The notes beneath the pieces were generated by a model. It saw nothing but the letters and a program-made list of their open reading frames with translations, was not told the origin of the DNA and ran no database searches. Positions 1 to 13,100 of a stretch of 64,000 bases of DNA are shown piece after piece (the stretch's first letter is position 1; each line of letters starts with the position of its first letter). The DNA comes from Desulfobacterales bacterium (lineage in GTDB: Bacteria > Desulfobacterota > Desulfobacteria > Desulfobacterales > UBA5616), in assembly GCA_046483495.1 (NCBI GenBank), contig JAWODC010000082.1:20482-84481 (forward strand), read 5' to 3'. The position numbers and the translations under genes are program-made.

Positions 1-1473
1 AACAGGACTTCTCACATCAAGAACATGCACCTTGCCGGATTTGAATTTTTCTAAAAAGTCGATGACATCCACCGGCTTGTGAAGGCCGCTTAGAATATTG
101 TCCAGACTGTTGGCGGCATTATTGACAATATCCATGGCAGATGCAAATGGCGGTGAGTAGGCAACCTCGAGGTTGGCGATTTCATCAACCGTGGCATTAT
201 ACGAGAGCGTAACGGCTACGGCATCGACGCGGGCCTTTACCGCGTCACCCTGAAAACCGGCGGCCTCGACACCGAGAATGCGCCGGGTTTTACGATCGGC
301 GATCAATTTCATGTACATCAACTGCATCGTGGGATAAAAATGAGCCCGATCAGCCTGGACAACGACGCTGTGAACGGCATCGAATCCGGCGGCCTCGGCC
401 TGTGTAACCGTCAAACCGGCCCGGGCGAAACACAGGTCGAAGATCTTGACGCAGAAGGATCCCACCGTTCCCTTGAATGTCATGAAGCCTCCGGCGAGAT
501 TCGTGCCGATAACCCTGCCCTGACGGTTGGCCAGTGATCCGAGCGGCATGAGGATGTGTTCGCCATTGACCAGGTGGGGTATTTCGACACAGTCACCACC
601 GGCATATATTTCCGGGTCCGAGGTTCTCATGCGGTGGTCCACTAAAATGCCGCCATATCGGCCGACAGCAAGACCGGCTTCTTTAGCCAGATCCGTATTC
701 GGTCGTATTCCCACGGAAATGATCACCATTTCGCAGGAAATCTCCTGTTTATCCGTCACAATGCTTTTCACGCCGCCGGCGGCATCGCCTTTAATTTCAG
801 CAACCCGTTCACCGAGCAAAACACGAACATCGTGCTGTTCCATATGGTTCTTTGCCAATAGGGCCATATCGCCGCCCAGTGCGGTGGGGAATAATTGATC
901 CATCATTTCCACCAGAGTGGTGTTGATCCCCCAAAGATCGGTCAGCGCCTCGGCCATTTCAACGCCGATGGCCCCTCCTCCAATGACGACGGCGTTCTCG
1001 ACCTGACCTTTTGAAATTTTATCTTTTATCGTCATGGCGTCATGGAGGTTCGACACAACGAACACACTCGGCAGCGCAGCCCCCGGAATCGGCGGAAGCA
1101 CGGGCCGCGCGCCGGTGGCAAGAACCAGCTTGTCATAGGGCAGGTCTTCGAGCGTTCCGTCCGCAAGACGCTTGATGGTGAGCTTTTTCTTTTTACGATC
1201 GATGGATACGGCTTCAGTGCCTGTTCTGACGTTCACCCTTTTTACATCCTGAAAATAGCCCTCGTTTCTGGGGACGTGGGCACTGGTCGAATACAAGGTG
1301 TCAATTTCCCCGACATCTCCTCCAACGTAATACGGAATTCCGCATCCGCCGTAGCTGATCATTTCGTCTTTGTCAATGAGGGTGACTTCCGCATCAGGCT
1401 CCAACCGCTTGAGACGACAGGCCGCCTTGGGGCCAAGCGCCACGGCACCGACAATCACAACTCTTTTTGCCAC
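1..1473 (-). CDS. FAD-dependent CoA-disulfide/persulfide reductase-family oxidoreductase with C-terminal rhodanese domain (3' end runs off the window)
   Basis: Not in the ORF track; translated by hand. GTG at 1473 with AGGAG upstream (1481-1485). MAKRVVIVGAVALGPKAACR (FAD fold), SYGGCGIPYY (redox Cys), VVIGGGAIGVEMAE (NAD fold), YAGGDC, AYSPPF, then VLDVRSP (start of rhodanese domain). Confidence 0.88.
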   Translation of the reverse strand, partial: MAKRVVIVGAVALGPKAACRLKRLEPDAEVTLIDKDEMISYGGCGIPYYVGGDVGEIDTLYSTSAHVPRNEGYFQDVKRVNVRTGTEAVSIDRKKKKLTIKRLADGTLEDLPYDKLVLATGARPVLPPIPGAALPSVFVVSNLHDAMTIKDKISKGQVENAVVIGGGAIGVEMAEALTDLWGINTTLVEMMDQLFPTALGGDMALLAKNHMEQHDVRVLLGERVAEIKGDAAGGVKSIVTDKQEISCEMVIISVGIRPNTDLAKEAGLAVGRYGGILVDHRMRTSDPEIYAGGDCVEIPHLVNGEHILMPLGSLANRQGRVIGTNLAGGFMTFKGTVGSFCVKIFDLCFARAGLTVTQAEAAGFDAVHSVVVQADRAHFYPTMQLMYMKLIADRKTRRILGVEAAGFQGDAVKARVDAVAVTLSYNATVDEIANLEVAYSPPFASAMDIVNNAANSLDNILSGLHKPVDVIDFLEKFKSGKVHVLDVRSPV

Positions 1474-1827
1474 TGTTCTTCTCCTTTTTCTTCCGACATG
1501 CTTACCGGCAAACCGTATTGTTCGGGATAAAAATCGCTTGTTCAGTGTATATGCGTGGAAGATTATTTTTTCCTTCCGGCTTTGTCAATTCTTTTAATGA
1601 AAAGCCGTACGGCAAAGAAGGGTGCGTTATACTCTCTTTTTGCACGGTATCGGTGAAGAAAAAAAGCAGGCATTCCACCGGACGGATAAAGCCGCCGATA
1701 ATGTTTCGGGGTTCACGGCGGCGCGGTGAAGCCATGTGCCGGCGCCGCCTTTTTGAATGGCGGAAATGTTCGAAAATTGAAGCGCGGCAAGAACCCCGGA
1801 ATGCGGCGGGTTCTCCTGTGGCGGATG

Positions 1828-5028
<3,201 letters not shown>

Positions 5029-5132
5029 AAATCGCTCCTTTAAATTGAATCTAAACGGGTGAACCTGTTATCGATCGCCTAAAATGCAGCAACCGTTAAG
5101 ACTTTCTATTCTCGGGTATTTTTAGCCGTGCT

Positions 5133-5161
5133 ACTATAGAGATGCGGCTAAATGATGTCAA
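5133..5161 (-). promoter_or_regulatory. Sigma70-type promoter for carB
   Basis: Minus strand TTGACA (5161-5156), 17-bp spacer, TATAGT (5138-5133). Confidence 0.65.
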
Positions 5162-5289
5162 GAAGCATTCCGCATGACATGTATTATCAGAGAATTGATT
5201 TTCTTTATCAAGCAGTAATGGAGCGTTGACGCCGGCACAAAAAAAGCCTATTTTCATTCTTCAGGTCACCATCGACATGGAAAGGACGA

Positions 5290-6405
5290 TTGCCAGTGGA
5301 TGATATATTTCAGAATCGGATAACCCGGCTCCGGCAGCGAATCGCTGAAGTAAATCTCGACGCACTGCTGGTGTCCATCGATGAAAACCGGCGATACCTC
5401 AGCGGATTTACCGGTGAAGATACGCATTTCGACGAATCCGCGGGGGTGCTGATGATCACTGCGGACCGATCGATCCTGGCCACGGATTCCCGGTTCACGC
5501 TGCAGGCCCGTAAAGAGGCCCCTCTTTTTGACATTCATCAATATGAAAAAGGATTGGCGAAGGAACTCCCCGGTCTTATCGCCCGACTCGACGTATCGCG
5601 CATTGGATTTGAAGACCGGCGCGTATCCGTTTTTCAGCATCGCGAAATGACGCGCGAGGCGTCCGAACAAGGTCTGGATGCGGAATTCGTCCCCTGCGAA
5701 GATCTGGTTGAGCAGCTGCGCCTGATCAAGGACGAATCGGAAATTGCGCTTACCCGAAAAGCCCTGTCCGTTGCCGAAGCCGCTTTTGTGGAGACCGCAG
5801 GTATGCTGGAACCCGGCATGACTGAAAAAGAAATCGCCTGGAACCTGGAGCAGACGGTTCGCAGGTCCGGCGGCGACACCCTTTCCTTTCCCACGATTGT
5901 CGCATCAGGCCCCAACAGCGCCCTGCCTCATGCCGTACCCGGAGACCGGAAAATTAAAAGCGGAGAGCCGATATTATTTGACTGGGGGGTCCGAATGGAC
6001 GGTTACTGCTCGGACACATCCCGCACCCTCATTCTGGGAAAACCGGATGACACATTTTCAACGATTCATGAGATCGTCCGAACGGCACAACGGTTGGCGA
6101 TAGCCGAGATAAAGCCGGGGGCACATGGAAAAGCTGTCGATGAGATCGCCCGCACCTTTATCGAGGACAACGGGTATAAGGGCAAATTCGGGCACGGCCT
6201 CGGCCACGGCACAGGTCTGGCGGTACATGAGGGGCCGCGGTTAAGTCCCTTGAGCACCTCGATCCTGGAGCCCGGAATGATCGTCACGGTCGAACCCGGC
6301 ATCTACATTGAAAAATGGGGCGGAGTCAGGATAGAAAACCAGGTCGTCGTTCGAGAAGACGGTCCCGAGGTGTTGAACCGGCTGGATACACGATTCGGCA
6401 TTTGA
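5290..6405 (+). CDS. Xaa-Pro aminopeptidase/dipeptidase (M24B family)
   Basis: Creatinase-like N-domain (RYLSGFTG) and metal-ligand motifs DWG..YCSDTSRT, GHGLGHGTG, HEGP, TVEPGIY, GVRIE. Confidence 0.93.
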   Translation: MPVDDIFQNRITRLRQRIAEVNLDALLVSIDENRRYLSGFTGEDTHFDESAGVLMITADRSILATDSRFTLQARKEAPLFDIHQYEKGLAKELPGLIARLDVSRIGFEDRRVSVFQHREMTREASEQGLDAEFVPCEDLVEQLRLIKDESEIALTRKALSVAEAAFVETAGMLEPGMTEKEIAWNLEQTVRRSGGDTLSFPTIVASGPNSALPHAVPGDRKIKSGEPILFDWGVRMDGYCSDTSRTLILGKPDDTFSTIHEIVRTAQRLAIAEIKPGAHGKAVDEIARTFIEDNGYKGKFGHGLGHGTGLAVHEGPRLSPLSTSILEPGMIVTVEPGIYIEKWGGVRIENQVVVREDGPEVLNRLDTRFGI

Positions 6406-6406
6406 A

Positions 6407-6545
6407 TTAGTGCCCATCCAGAAATAGGCAATTTCGCGTGAGTTCAAGGCGGGCGCAAGATCGAAACCGCAGGAATAGCGTGCTATTTTGAGGATTAACC
6501 TTTTCCGGCCAACGAAGAAATGGAGTGGATCAGCCATTTCCGGTG
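6407..6545. repeat. ~140-bp MITE/REP-like intergenic element, family A (copy 1)
   Basis: Its reverse complement aligns by eye with 25343-25478 (ACTCCATTTCT..TGGCCGG..TTAATCC..AATA..TCCTG.GGTT..CTTGAACT..GCGAA) and shares the core with 26308-26456. Confidence 0.65.
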
Positions 6546-6596
6546 CAGTTTTCGGTCCTCGACAAAAACCTGTTTCTTGCCAATTGTTGAATTTAA

Positions 6597-7502
6597 ATGA
6601 AAAAAAGCTACTCCCTGGACACGCTGGCCGATCAGTTTACCAATTACCTGCTGGTTGAAAAAGGGCTTTCCGCCAAAACCATAGAATCGTACAGCCGGGA
6701 TCTCGTTCGTTTTTTCAATTTTCTTGAAGAAAACGGCATCGACGATATTCGAGATACGGACACCACCGTGATTTTGGGGCATGTCATTCACCTTCGCAAA
6801 TCCGGCCTGGAAGCGCGGTCCCGGGCCCGTCATCTGGTCGCCATTCGCGGTTTTTACCGTTTTCTGATTCGAGAAAAAATGCTGGACCACGATCCGGCGG
6901 CCCGTGTGGACCTGCCGAAAAGCACGCTCCATCTGCCGGAGGTATTGACGACGGGTGAAGTATACAGGCTGTTGGATGCACCGGATGTTCACACCCCGAC
7001 GGGTCTTCGAAACGCCGCCATGCTGGAGCTGCTTTATGCAGCGGGATTGCGCGTTTCCGAACTGGTGACGGTAAAACGCCATGATGTGAACCTGGAGATG
7101 GGTTTTGTGCGGGTTTTTGGCAAAGGATCGAAGGAACGGATCGTTCCCATCGGCCAAAGCGCCAAAGACCGCATCAGGGACTACATGCAGACGGCCCTTC
7201 CCCTGCTGCTTAAAAACGTCACCAGCCACTACCTGTTCGTTGCCCGTGCGGGCAAACCCATGACCCGGCAGGGATTCTGGAAACTGCTGAAACAGTACGG
7301 CATAAAGGCCGGGATCGGAAAAAAGCTGACGCCGCACACCTTAAGGCATTCATTTGCCACGCATCTTCTCGAGGGTGGAGCCGATTTGCGTTCGGTACAA
7401 ATCATGCTGGGCCACGCGGACATCGCCACCACCCAGATATACACCCATGTCGCCAGGGATCATCTTATTAAAATACACAAACAATATCATCCCAGGGGCT
7501 GA
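6597..7502 (+). CDS. xerD: Site-specific tyrosine recombinase XerD
   Basis: 301 aa; ELLYAAGLRVSELV, GKGSKERIVP, TPHTLRHSFATHLLEGGADLRSVQIMLGHADIATTQIYTHV, ends YHPRG. Confidence 0.93.
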   Translation: MKKSYSLDTLADQFTNYLLVEKGLSAKTIESYSRDLVRFFNFLEENGIDDIRDTDTTVILGHVIHLRKSGLEARSRARHLVAIRGFYRFLIREKMLDHDPAARVDLPKSTLHLPEVLTTGEVYRLLDAPDVHTPTGLRNAAMLELLYAAGLRVSELVTVKRHDVNLEMGFVRVFGKGSKERIVPIGQSAKDRIRDYMQTALPLLLKNVTSHYLFVARAGKPMTRQGFWKLLKQYGIKAGIGKKLTPHTLRHSFATHLLEGGADLRSVQIMLGHADIATTQIYTHVARDHLIKIHKQYHPRG

Positions 7503-7554
7503 CCCATGCTATCGGACGCAGGGTCCTTTGTTTAACGGACGCTATGGATCATCC

Positions 7555-7583
7555 TTGACATCTTCAACCGATTTGTTTACAAA
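7555..7583 (+). promoter_or_regulatory. Putative sigma70 promoter for pfaD
   Basis: TTGACA (7555-7560), 17 bp, TACAAA (7578-7583), about 57 bp before the ATG at 7640. Confidence 0.45.
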
Positions 7584-7639
7584 ACTATGCATCTTTTTAT
7601 TTTATCTCATTGATATCATTATATAATACGGAAGAACCA

Positions 7640-9292
7640 ATGACCTTGCACATAAAAAAGCCCCATGCGTTGGGATTATGGATTCCGGACGCGGATGCTT
7701 ACGGGAAACTAACCGTTGCTGAAGCGATATCGAATGTCAACCGCCCCGTCTTCATTTTCGAGAAAAACGGCACGTACGGCATTTCTCACGCCGGAACGGC
7801 CGTTATCGGAAGACAACCGGATTCCGCGGCTTCCGGACACCCCCTGACGGCCTGGGCGCCTGAACTGGTCCCCCGGGATCTTGGAGATCCCGTCTTTCTC
7901 GAGTCCTACAACCTGAAGTATCCCTACATCTGTGGGGCTATGGCCAACGGCATTACCTCGGTGAGGATGGTTCAGGAAGCGGGAAAAGCGGGCATGCTGG
8001 CTTTTTTCGGCGCAGCCGGGCTTTCCATCGGGCAAATTGAAAATGCCGTCGATGCGATTGCGTCCGGCTTGCCTGATCGCCCTTTTGGTTTCAACCTGAT
8101 TCACAGTCCCAACGATCCCCGGCTCGAAATGGATACGGTGCAGCTGTACTTAAACAAAGGCATCCGCCTGATCAGCGCATCCGCCTACCTCGCGCTGACG
8201 CTTCCACTTGTATATTACCGGGTTAAGGGCATTTACGAGGATGCACACGGAAACATCCGGTGCCCGAATAAAATCATCGCCAAGGTATCCCGAATCGAAA
8301 TCGCCTCCAAATTTCTCGCCCCGCCACCGGAGAAAATACTTGCACAACTTTTGGACCGGCAATGGATCACCCCCGGTGAAGCCGCACGGGCTGCGAGCGT
8401 TCCCATGGCCGAAGACATTACCGCCGAGGCGGACTCCGGCGGCCATACGGATAACCGTCCGGCGATTGCGCTTTTGCCGACGCTCATCGCCCTGAAAAAC
8501 CACCTCTCGAGCCGATACGGCTATTCAAGACCTCCGCGCATCGGACTCGGCGGTGGTATTTCAACGCCGTATGCGGCTGCGGCGGCTTTTGCCATGGGTG
8601 CGGCCTTTCTGGTGACCGGATCGGTCAACCAATCCTGTGTTGAGGCCGGCACATCGGACACCGTCAAGCATCTGCTCGCTTCAGCCCGGCAGGCGGATGT
8701 CGCCATGGCGCCTGCAGCGGATATGTTCGAAATCGGCGCACGGGTGCAGGTCTTGAAAAGAGGTACGATGTTCCCGCTGCGAGCCGCAAAACTCTATGAT
8801 CTTTACACCCGCCATAACCGCTGGGAGGATATAGACCCCGGGCAAAGAAAAATGCTCGAACGCGATGTTTTCAAGTGCACTTTCGAAGAAGAATGGGAGC
8901 AGACAAAAGCCTATTTCAACAAAAGAGAACCGGGGCAAATCGCACGTGCGGAAAAAAACGAAAAGCATAAAATGGCCCTTGTTTTTCGTTCGTACTTAGG
9001 TCGTGCTTCCATGTGGGCCATACAGGGAATTTCCGAAAGGCAGATGGATTACCAGATCTGGTGCGGACCGGCCATCGGAGCATTCAACCAGTGGGCGGCG
9101 GGAACATTCCTCGAAACGCCGGAAAACAGGGATATCGTTACGGTGGCCATGAACCTGCTTTTCGGTGCCTGCGTAGTCACCCGTGCCAGCTGGCTGAAGC
9201 ATCAAGGCGTCCTGCTTCCGGAAACCGCATCCGGATTCAGACCGATGCCCTTGTCACGCATCAAAGAGCTGCTCGGCGAAACGTCCCTGTAA
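7640..9292 (+). CDS. pfaD: PfaD-family FMN-dependent enoyl-ACP reductase (PUFA/polyketide synthase)
   Basis: GAMANGITS, GFNLIHSP, SASAYL, IAKVSRIE, TAEADSGGHTDNRP, TGSVNQ, MAPAADMFE.GARVQVLKRGTMFP, KMALVFRSY, DYQIWCGPAIGAFN. Start placed at ATG 7640; the ORF track begins at TTG 7610. Confidence 0.96.
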   Translation: MTLHIKKPHALGLWIPDADAYGKLTVAEAISNVNRPVFIFEKNGTYGISHAGTAVIGRQPDSAASGHPLTAWAPELVPRDLGDPVFLESYNLKYPYICGAMANGITSVRMVQEAGKAGMLAFFGAAGLSIGQIENAVDAIASGLPDRPFGFNLIHSPNDPRLEMDTVQLYLNKGIRLISASAYLALTLPLVYYRVKGIYEDAHGNIRCPNKIIAKVSRIEIASKFLAPPPEKILAQLLDRQWITPGEAARAASVPMAEDITAEADSGGHTDNRPAIALLPTLIALKNHLSSRYGYSRPPRIGLGGGISTPYAAAAAFAMGAAFLVTGSVNQSCVEAGTSDTVKHLLASARQADVAMAPAADMFEIGARVQVLKRGTMFPLRAAKLYDLYTRHNRWEDIDPGQRKMLERDVFKCTFEEEWEQTKAYFNKREPGQIARAEKNEKHKMALVFRSYLGRASMWAIQGISERQMDYQIWCGPAIGAFNQWAAGTFLETPENRDIVTVAMNLLFGACVVTRASWLKHQGVLLPETASGFRPMPLSRIKELLGETSL

Positions 9293-9303
9293 AAGACATG
9301 ATA

Positions 9304-9828
9304 TCAGGATGCGAGATCTCTTAAAAACTTCTCGTAAAGCCGTGTCAGGTAAAGCTGCTTCATGGCCGTCGGTCTGGATGGGTGAACACGATCTCCTCCA
9401 CGGAGCATTTCATCGGTGAAGCGCTCTTCGCAAATCGTCTTGCCGTCCCGGTCGAATTTGCGCAACGATATCATGCACCGGAGGATAGACGTCAAGCCGC
9501 CCTCGTCATTGTGATGGTAAAAGATTACAACATGTTCCTGATCCTGTTCGCCGGCATTCGCAGTACATGAAGCCGAATTTTTTTCTCGAATCCAAGACCG
9601 AAGGTCGTTTATCAGCTGCCCGGCATCGCGTATGGCAAGATGCAGTCGACTTACCGCAAACCCGCCCAAATAGACGGCAAACGCCTCCTCTTGTGAAAAC
9701 TGCCTAGCGTAGCCGGATTGACGTCCGCCCAGGGGATCGGGCGGCAGAAACTCGCGTGACCAACGCTTCCATTTGGCCAAATTGACCTTCAACGATTTTG
9801 ACAGCCCTCGGCTGGTGTAATATTTCAT
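9304..9828 (-). CDS. Hypothetical protein with MerR/excisionase-like N-terminal HTH
   Basis: ORF fills the gap between pfaD and pfaA. MKYYTSRGLSKSLKVNLAKWKRWSREFLPP...GYARQFSQEE follows the MerR-type pattern (YT-x-helix-turn-helix-W-wing-R-x-F/Y). Confidence 0.6.
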   Translation of the reverse strand: MKYYTSRGLSKSLKVNLAKWKRWSREFLPPDPLGGRQSGYARQFSQEEAFAVYLGGFAVSRLHLAIRDAGQLINDLRSWIREKNSASCTANAGEQDQEHVVIFYHHNDEGGLTSILRCMISLRKFDRDGKTICEERFTDEMLRGGDRVHPSRPTAMKQLYLTRLYEKFLRDLAS

Positions 9829-10125
9829 AATCACCCTAATATGGTTTACCTTGATAACTTGTTATATGAATATCATAAGTTCGATTTTCATTTCAATGCT
9901 TGAAATTATTTTTTTCATCATTTAATATTTTTCAGACAAACAGTGACAGGGTGCCCCCCCGGTTTGGGTGATATGCAATTATTCAGAACCTTTAAACCGG
10001 GATTTCCATATGGACGAATGTGAACCTATCGGCGTAATGGCCGGGTTCATTCAAACGAGTGCCCGTTCATTAACGGCATTTCTTGATTCCGGAACGGATT
10101 GGAAGCAAATCCGAAGTCCGTTCCG

Positions 10126-13100
10126 ATGATGGACAGGCACGCATCAAAGGAAGAAAACGTGAGCTTCAAAACAGCAGAAACGTCGATTGCCGTCATCGGA
10201 ATGGAATGTTATTTTCCCAAATCATCGGGATTGAAGGCTTATTGGCGGCTGATTTTCAGGGGTGAGGATGCCATTTCCGACATACCCGATTCCCATTGGT
10301 CTGTTGATGATTATTATGACCCCGATCCCAAAAAACCCGACCGAGTGACCTGTAAGCGCGGCGGTTTTTTGGACCCCATACCGTTCGATCCCGCTCGTTT
10401 CGGTATTCCTCCGGCTACTCTTGAAGCCACGGACTCCTCTCAACTGATCGCACTGATGGCCGCCCGATCCGCACTCGAAGATGCCGGCTATGGGAACGAC
10501 CACCGGGATAGCGACAAAACGAGCGTTATTCTGGGCGTCACCGGAACCCAGGAACTGGTTATTCCATTAAGCTCCCGCTTAGAGCATCCAAAGTGGCGCA
10601 AGGCCTTGGAATCGGCCGGGGTGGATTCCGAAAAAACCGAGGAGGTAATCCGGCGGTTATCCGACGCCTTTGTATCATGGCAGGAAAATTCCTTCCCCGG
10701 GCTTTTGGGAAACGTGGTCGCCGGACGGATATCCAACCGGCTCGACCTCGGCGGAACCAACTGCGTTGTCGATGCGGCATGCGCCAGTTCACTGGCTGCC
10801 GTGTATATGAGTATGCTCGAGCTATTCAGCAAAAGGAGCCGAATGGTGGTAACCGGCGGGGTGGATACGCTCAATGACGTTTTTATGCACATGTGCTTTT
10901 CCAAAACATCGGTGTTGTCGCCGACCAGCGATGCCCGACCGTTTTCGAAAAATTCCGATGGAACGGTCCTGGGGGAAGGTGTGGGAATTCTCGTATTGAA
11001 ACGCCTTGAGGACGCAATTGCCGATTCCGACAGGATATATGCCGTCATCAGGGGAATGGGAACCTCCAGTGACGGCAAAAGCCAGAGCATATACGCACCT
11101 CGAGCGGACGGTCAGGTCAAGGCACTTGTAAACGCCTATGAAACGGCCGGGGTGGAACCTGCGACAGTCGAACTCATCGAGGCGCATGGCACCGGCACCC
11201 GGGTCGGTGATGAGGTGGAGTTCACGGCGCTTCGGCAATTCTTTTCGCCCTTTCCCGAGAAGCCGCGAGCCCTCGGTTCCGTAAAATCCATGATCGGCCA
11301 TACAAAGGCTGCCGCCGGTGCAGCCGGGATGATCAAATCGATTCTCTCGCTCTACCACAAAATTTTACCTCCGACGCTGAAGGTCGAGGAGCCCGATCCG
11401 AATCTTCATATCGAGGAGACCTCTTTTTATTTGAATCCCCAAACCCGTCCGTGGTTTTCCGGAAAAGGCCTTCCAAGAAGAGCCGGCGTCAGTTCATTCG
11501 GCTTTGGCGGCAGCAACTATCACGCTGTCCTTGAAGAGTATGACTCATCGAAGAAAACGGCCTCCTGGGATGGATCGGTGGAAATTATCGCCTTGTCGGC
11601 GGATGATCCCGAACAATTGAAGCAGTTATGCATCGACCTTAAATCCGCTTTCCAATCCGCCGGCTCATTCGACGACATCGCCGTTGCGGCGGCTGCTACA
11701 CGATCCGCCTTTCGTAACGATCGCCCGTATCGGCTGTTGTGGGTCGTCGAGCGTTCGGAGTGGGGTCGGGAGGATGATCCAAAGCGCGTTCATGCAATCG
11801 AAGCGATGATCGAAAGCCTCGAAAACAATCGGGACGTTATCGAAATCGATATCAACAATGTCCATTTCGGGACATCCGGAAAACCGGGGAAAATTGCGTT
11901 CATGTTTCCAGGTCAGGGCGCACAATACGTCGGCATGGCTTCTGATTTAACCTGCATTTTCCCGCAGATGCTGGATGTCCTGGAACAGACGAATGCCGCC
12001 TTCGGTGAAACCCGTCTGACCGACTTAATATATCCGTTGCCGGTCGATGATCGAAAGGCCAAAAAAGCGCAGGAATCCGAACTGACGCTCACGAACAGGG
12101 CACAGCCGGCCATCGGCGGCATCAGTCTCGGTATGATGAAGATTCTTCGTCATTTCGGTCTGGTCCCCGATGCCGCCTGCGGGCACAGCTTTGGAGAGTT
12201 GGTGGCCTTGAACGCCGCCGGATGGATCGATGATGTAACCCTGATCACATTTGCCGTTAACCGGGGACGCCTGATGGCAGAGGCCGGCAAAGCCGGAGAC
12301 AAGGATCCCGGCACGATGACGGCGGTAAAGGCGCCCCTCGAGGACCTCGACCGGTTGATCCGGCAATCGCATACGGATGTCATTCTGGCGAATCGAAACA
12401 GCCCGAACCAGGGAGTATTGTCGGGTCCGACCGAAGCGATCGAAAAAGCCGAATCCTTGTGTAAAGACAACGGCTACAAAACCATACGGCTCCCGGTGGC
12501 GGCCGCTTTCCACAGCCGGCTGTTGAAGGACGCCCAAAAGCCGTTCATGAAAATTGTTACGGATTCAGCCATGACCCCGACGGATATCCCGGTGTATTCG
12601 AACACGCTGGGTGCGCCCTACCCCGCCGATTCGGATAAAGCAAAAACGATTCTCGGCGAACAGATATTGTGCCCGGTCGACTTCGTCAATGATGTGAAGC
12701 ATCTGCACGCCTCCGGGGTAAACGTATTTTTGGAAGTCGGCCCGAAAACGGTGCTTTCGGGATTGGTAAAAGCCATATTGGGGGACCGGGCCGTCCATAT
12801 GGTCGCTTTGGACGAATCCGGCGGACGCAAATCGGGGATTTGGGATTTGGCCACGGCTTTATGCCGGCTGGCGGCTTTGGGATACCCGGTCATGATTGAC
12901 AAGTGGGAAAACGGGGGCGGCCCCTCGGATCCCCCGAAAAAACCCGCTATGGAAATCCTGATTTCCGGAACGAATTATCGTGCATCCAAAAAATCCGGTC
13001 CGGCATCGAATGCAAAAGAAAAACGACCGACCGATTCAAGGGAAAACACACCTGATGCGGCGAAACCGCCGAAAATCGATATGCCGGAGAAGATTATGAC

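Noticed and set aside
6597..7502. Tyrosine recombinase as the integrase of a pfa genomic island
   Set aside because: Length and motifs match housekeeping XerD; I saw no att repeats, adjacent tRNA or mobility genes.
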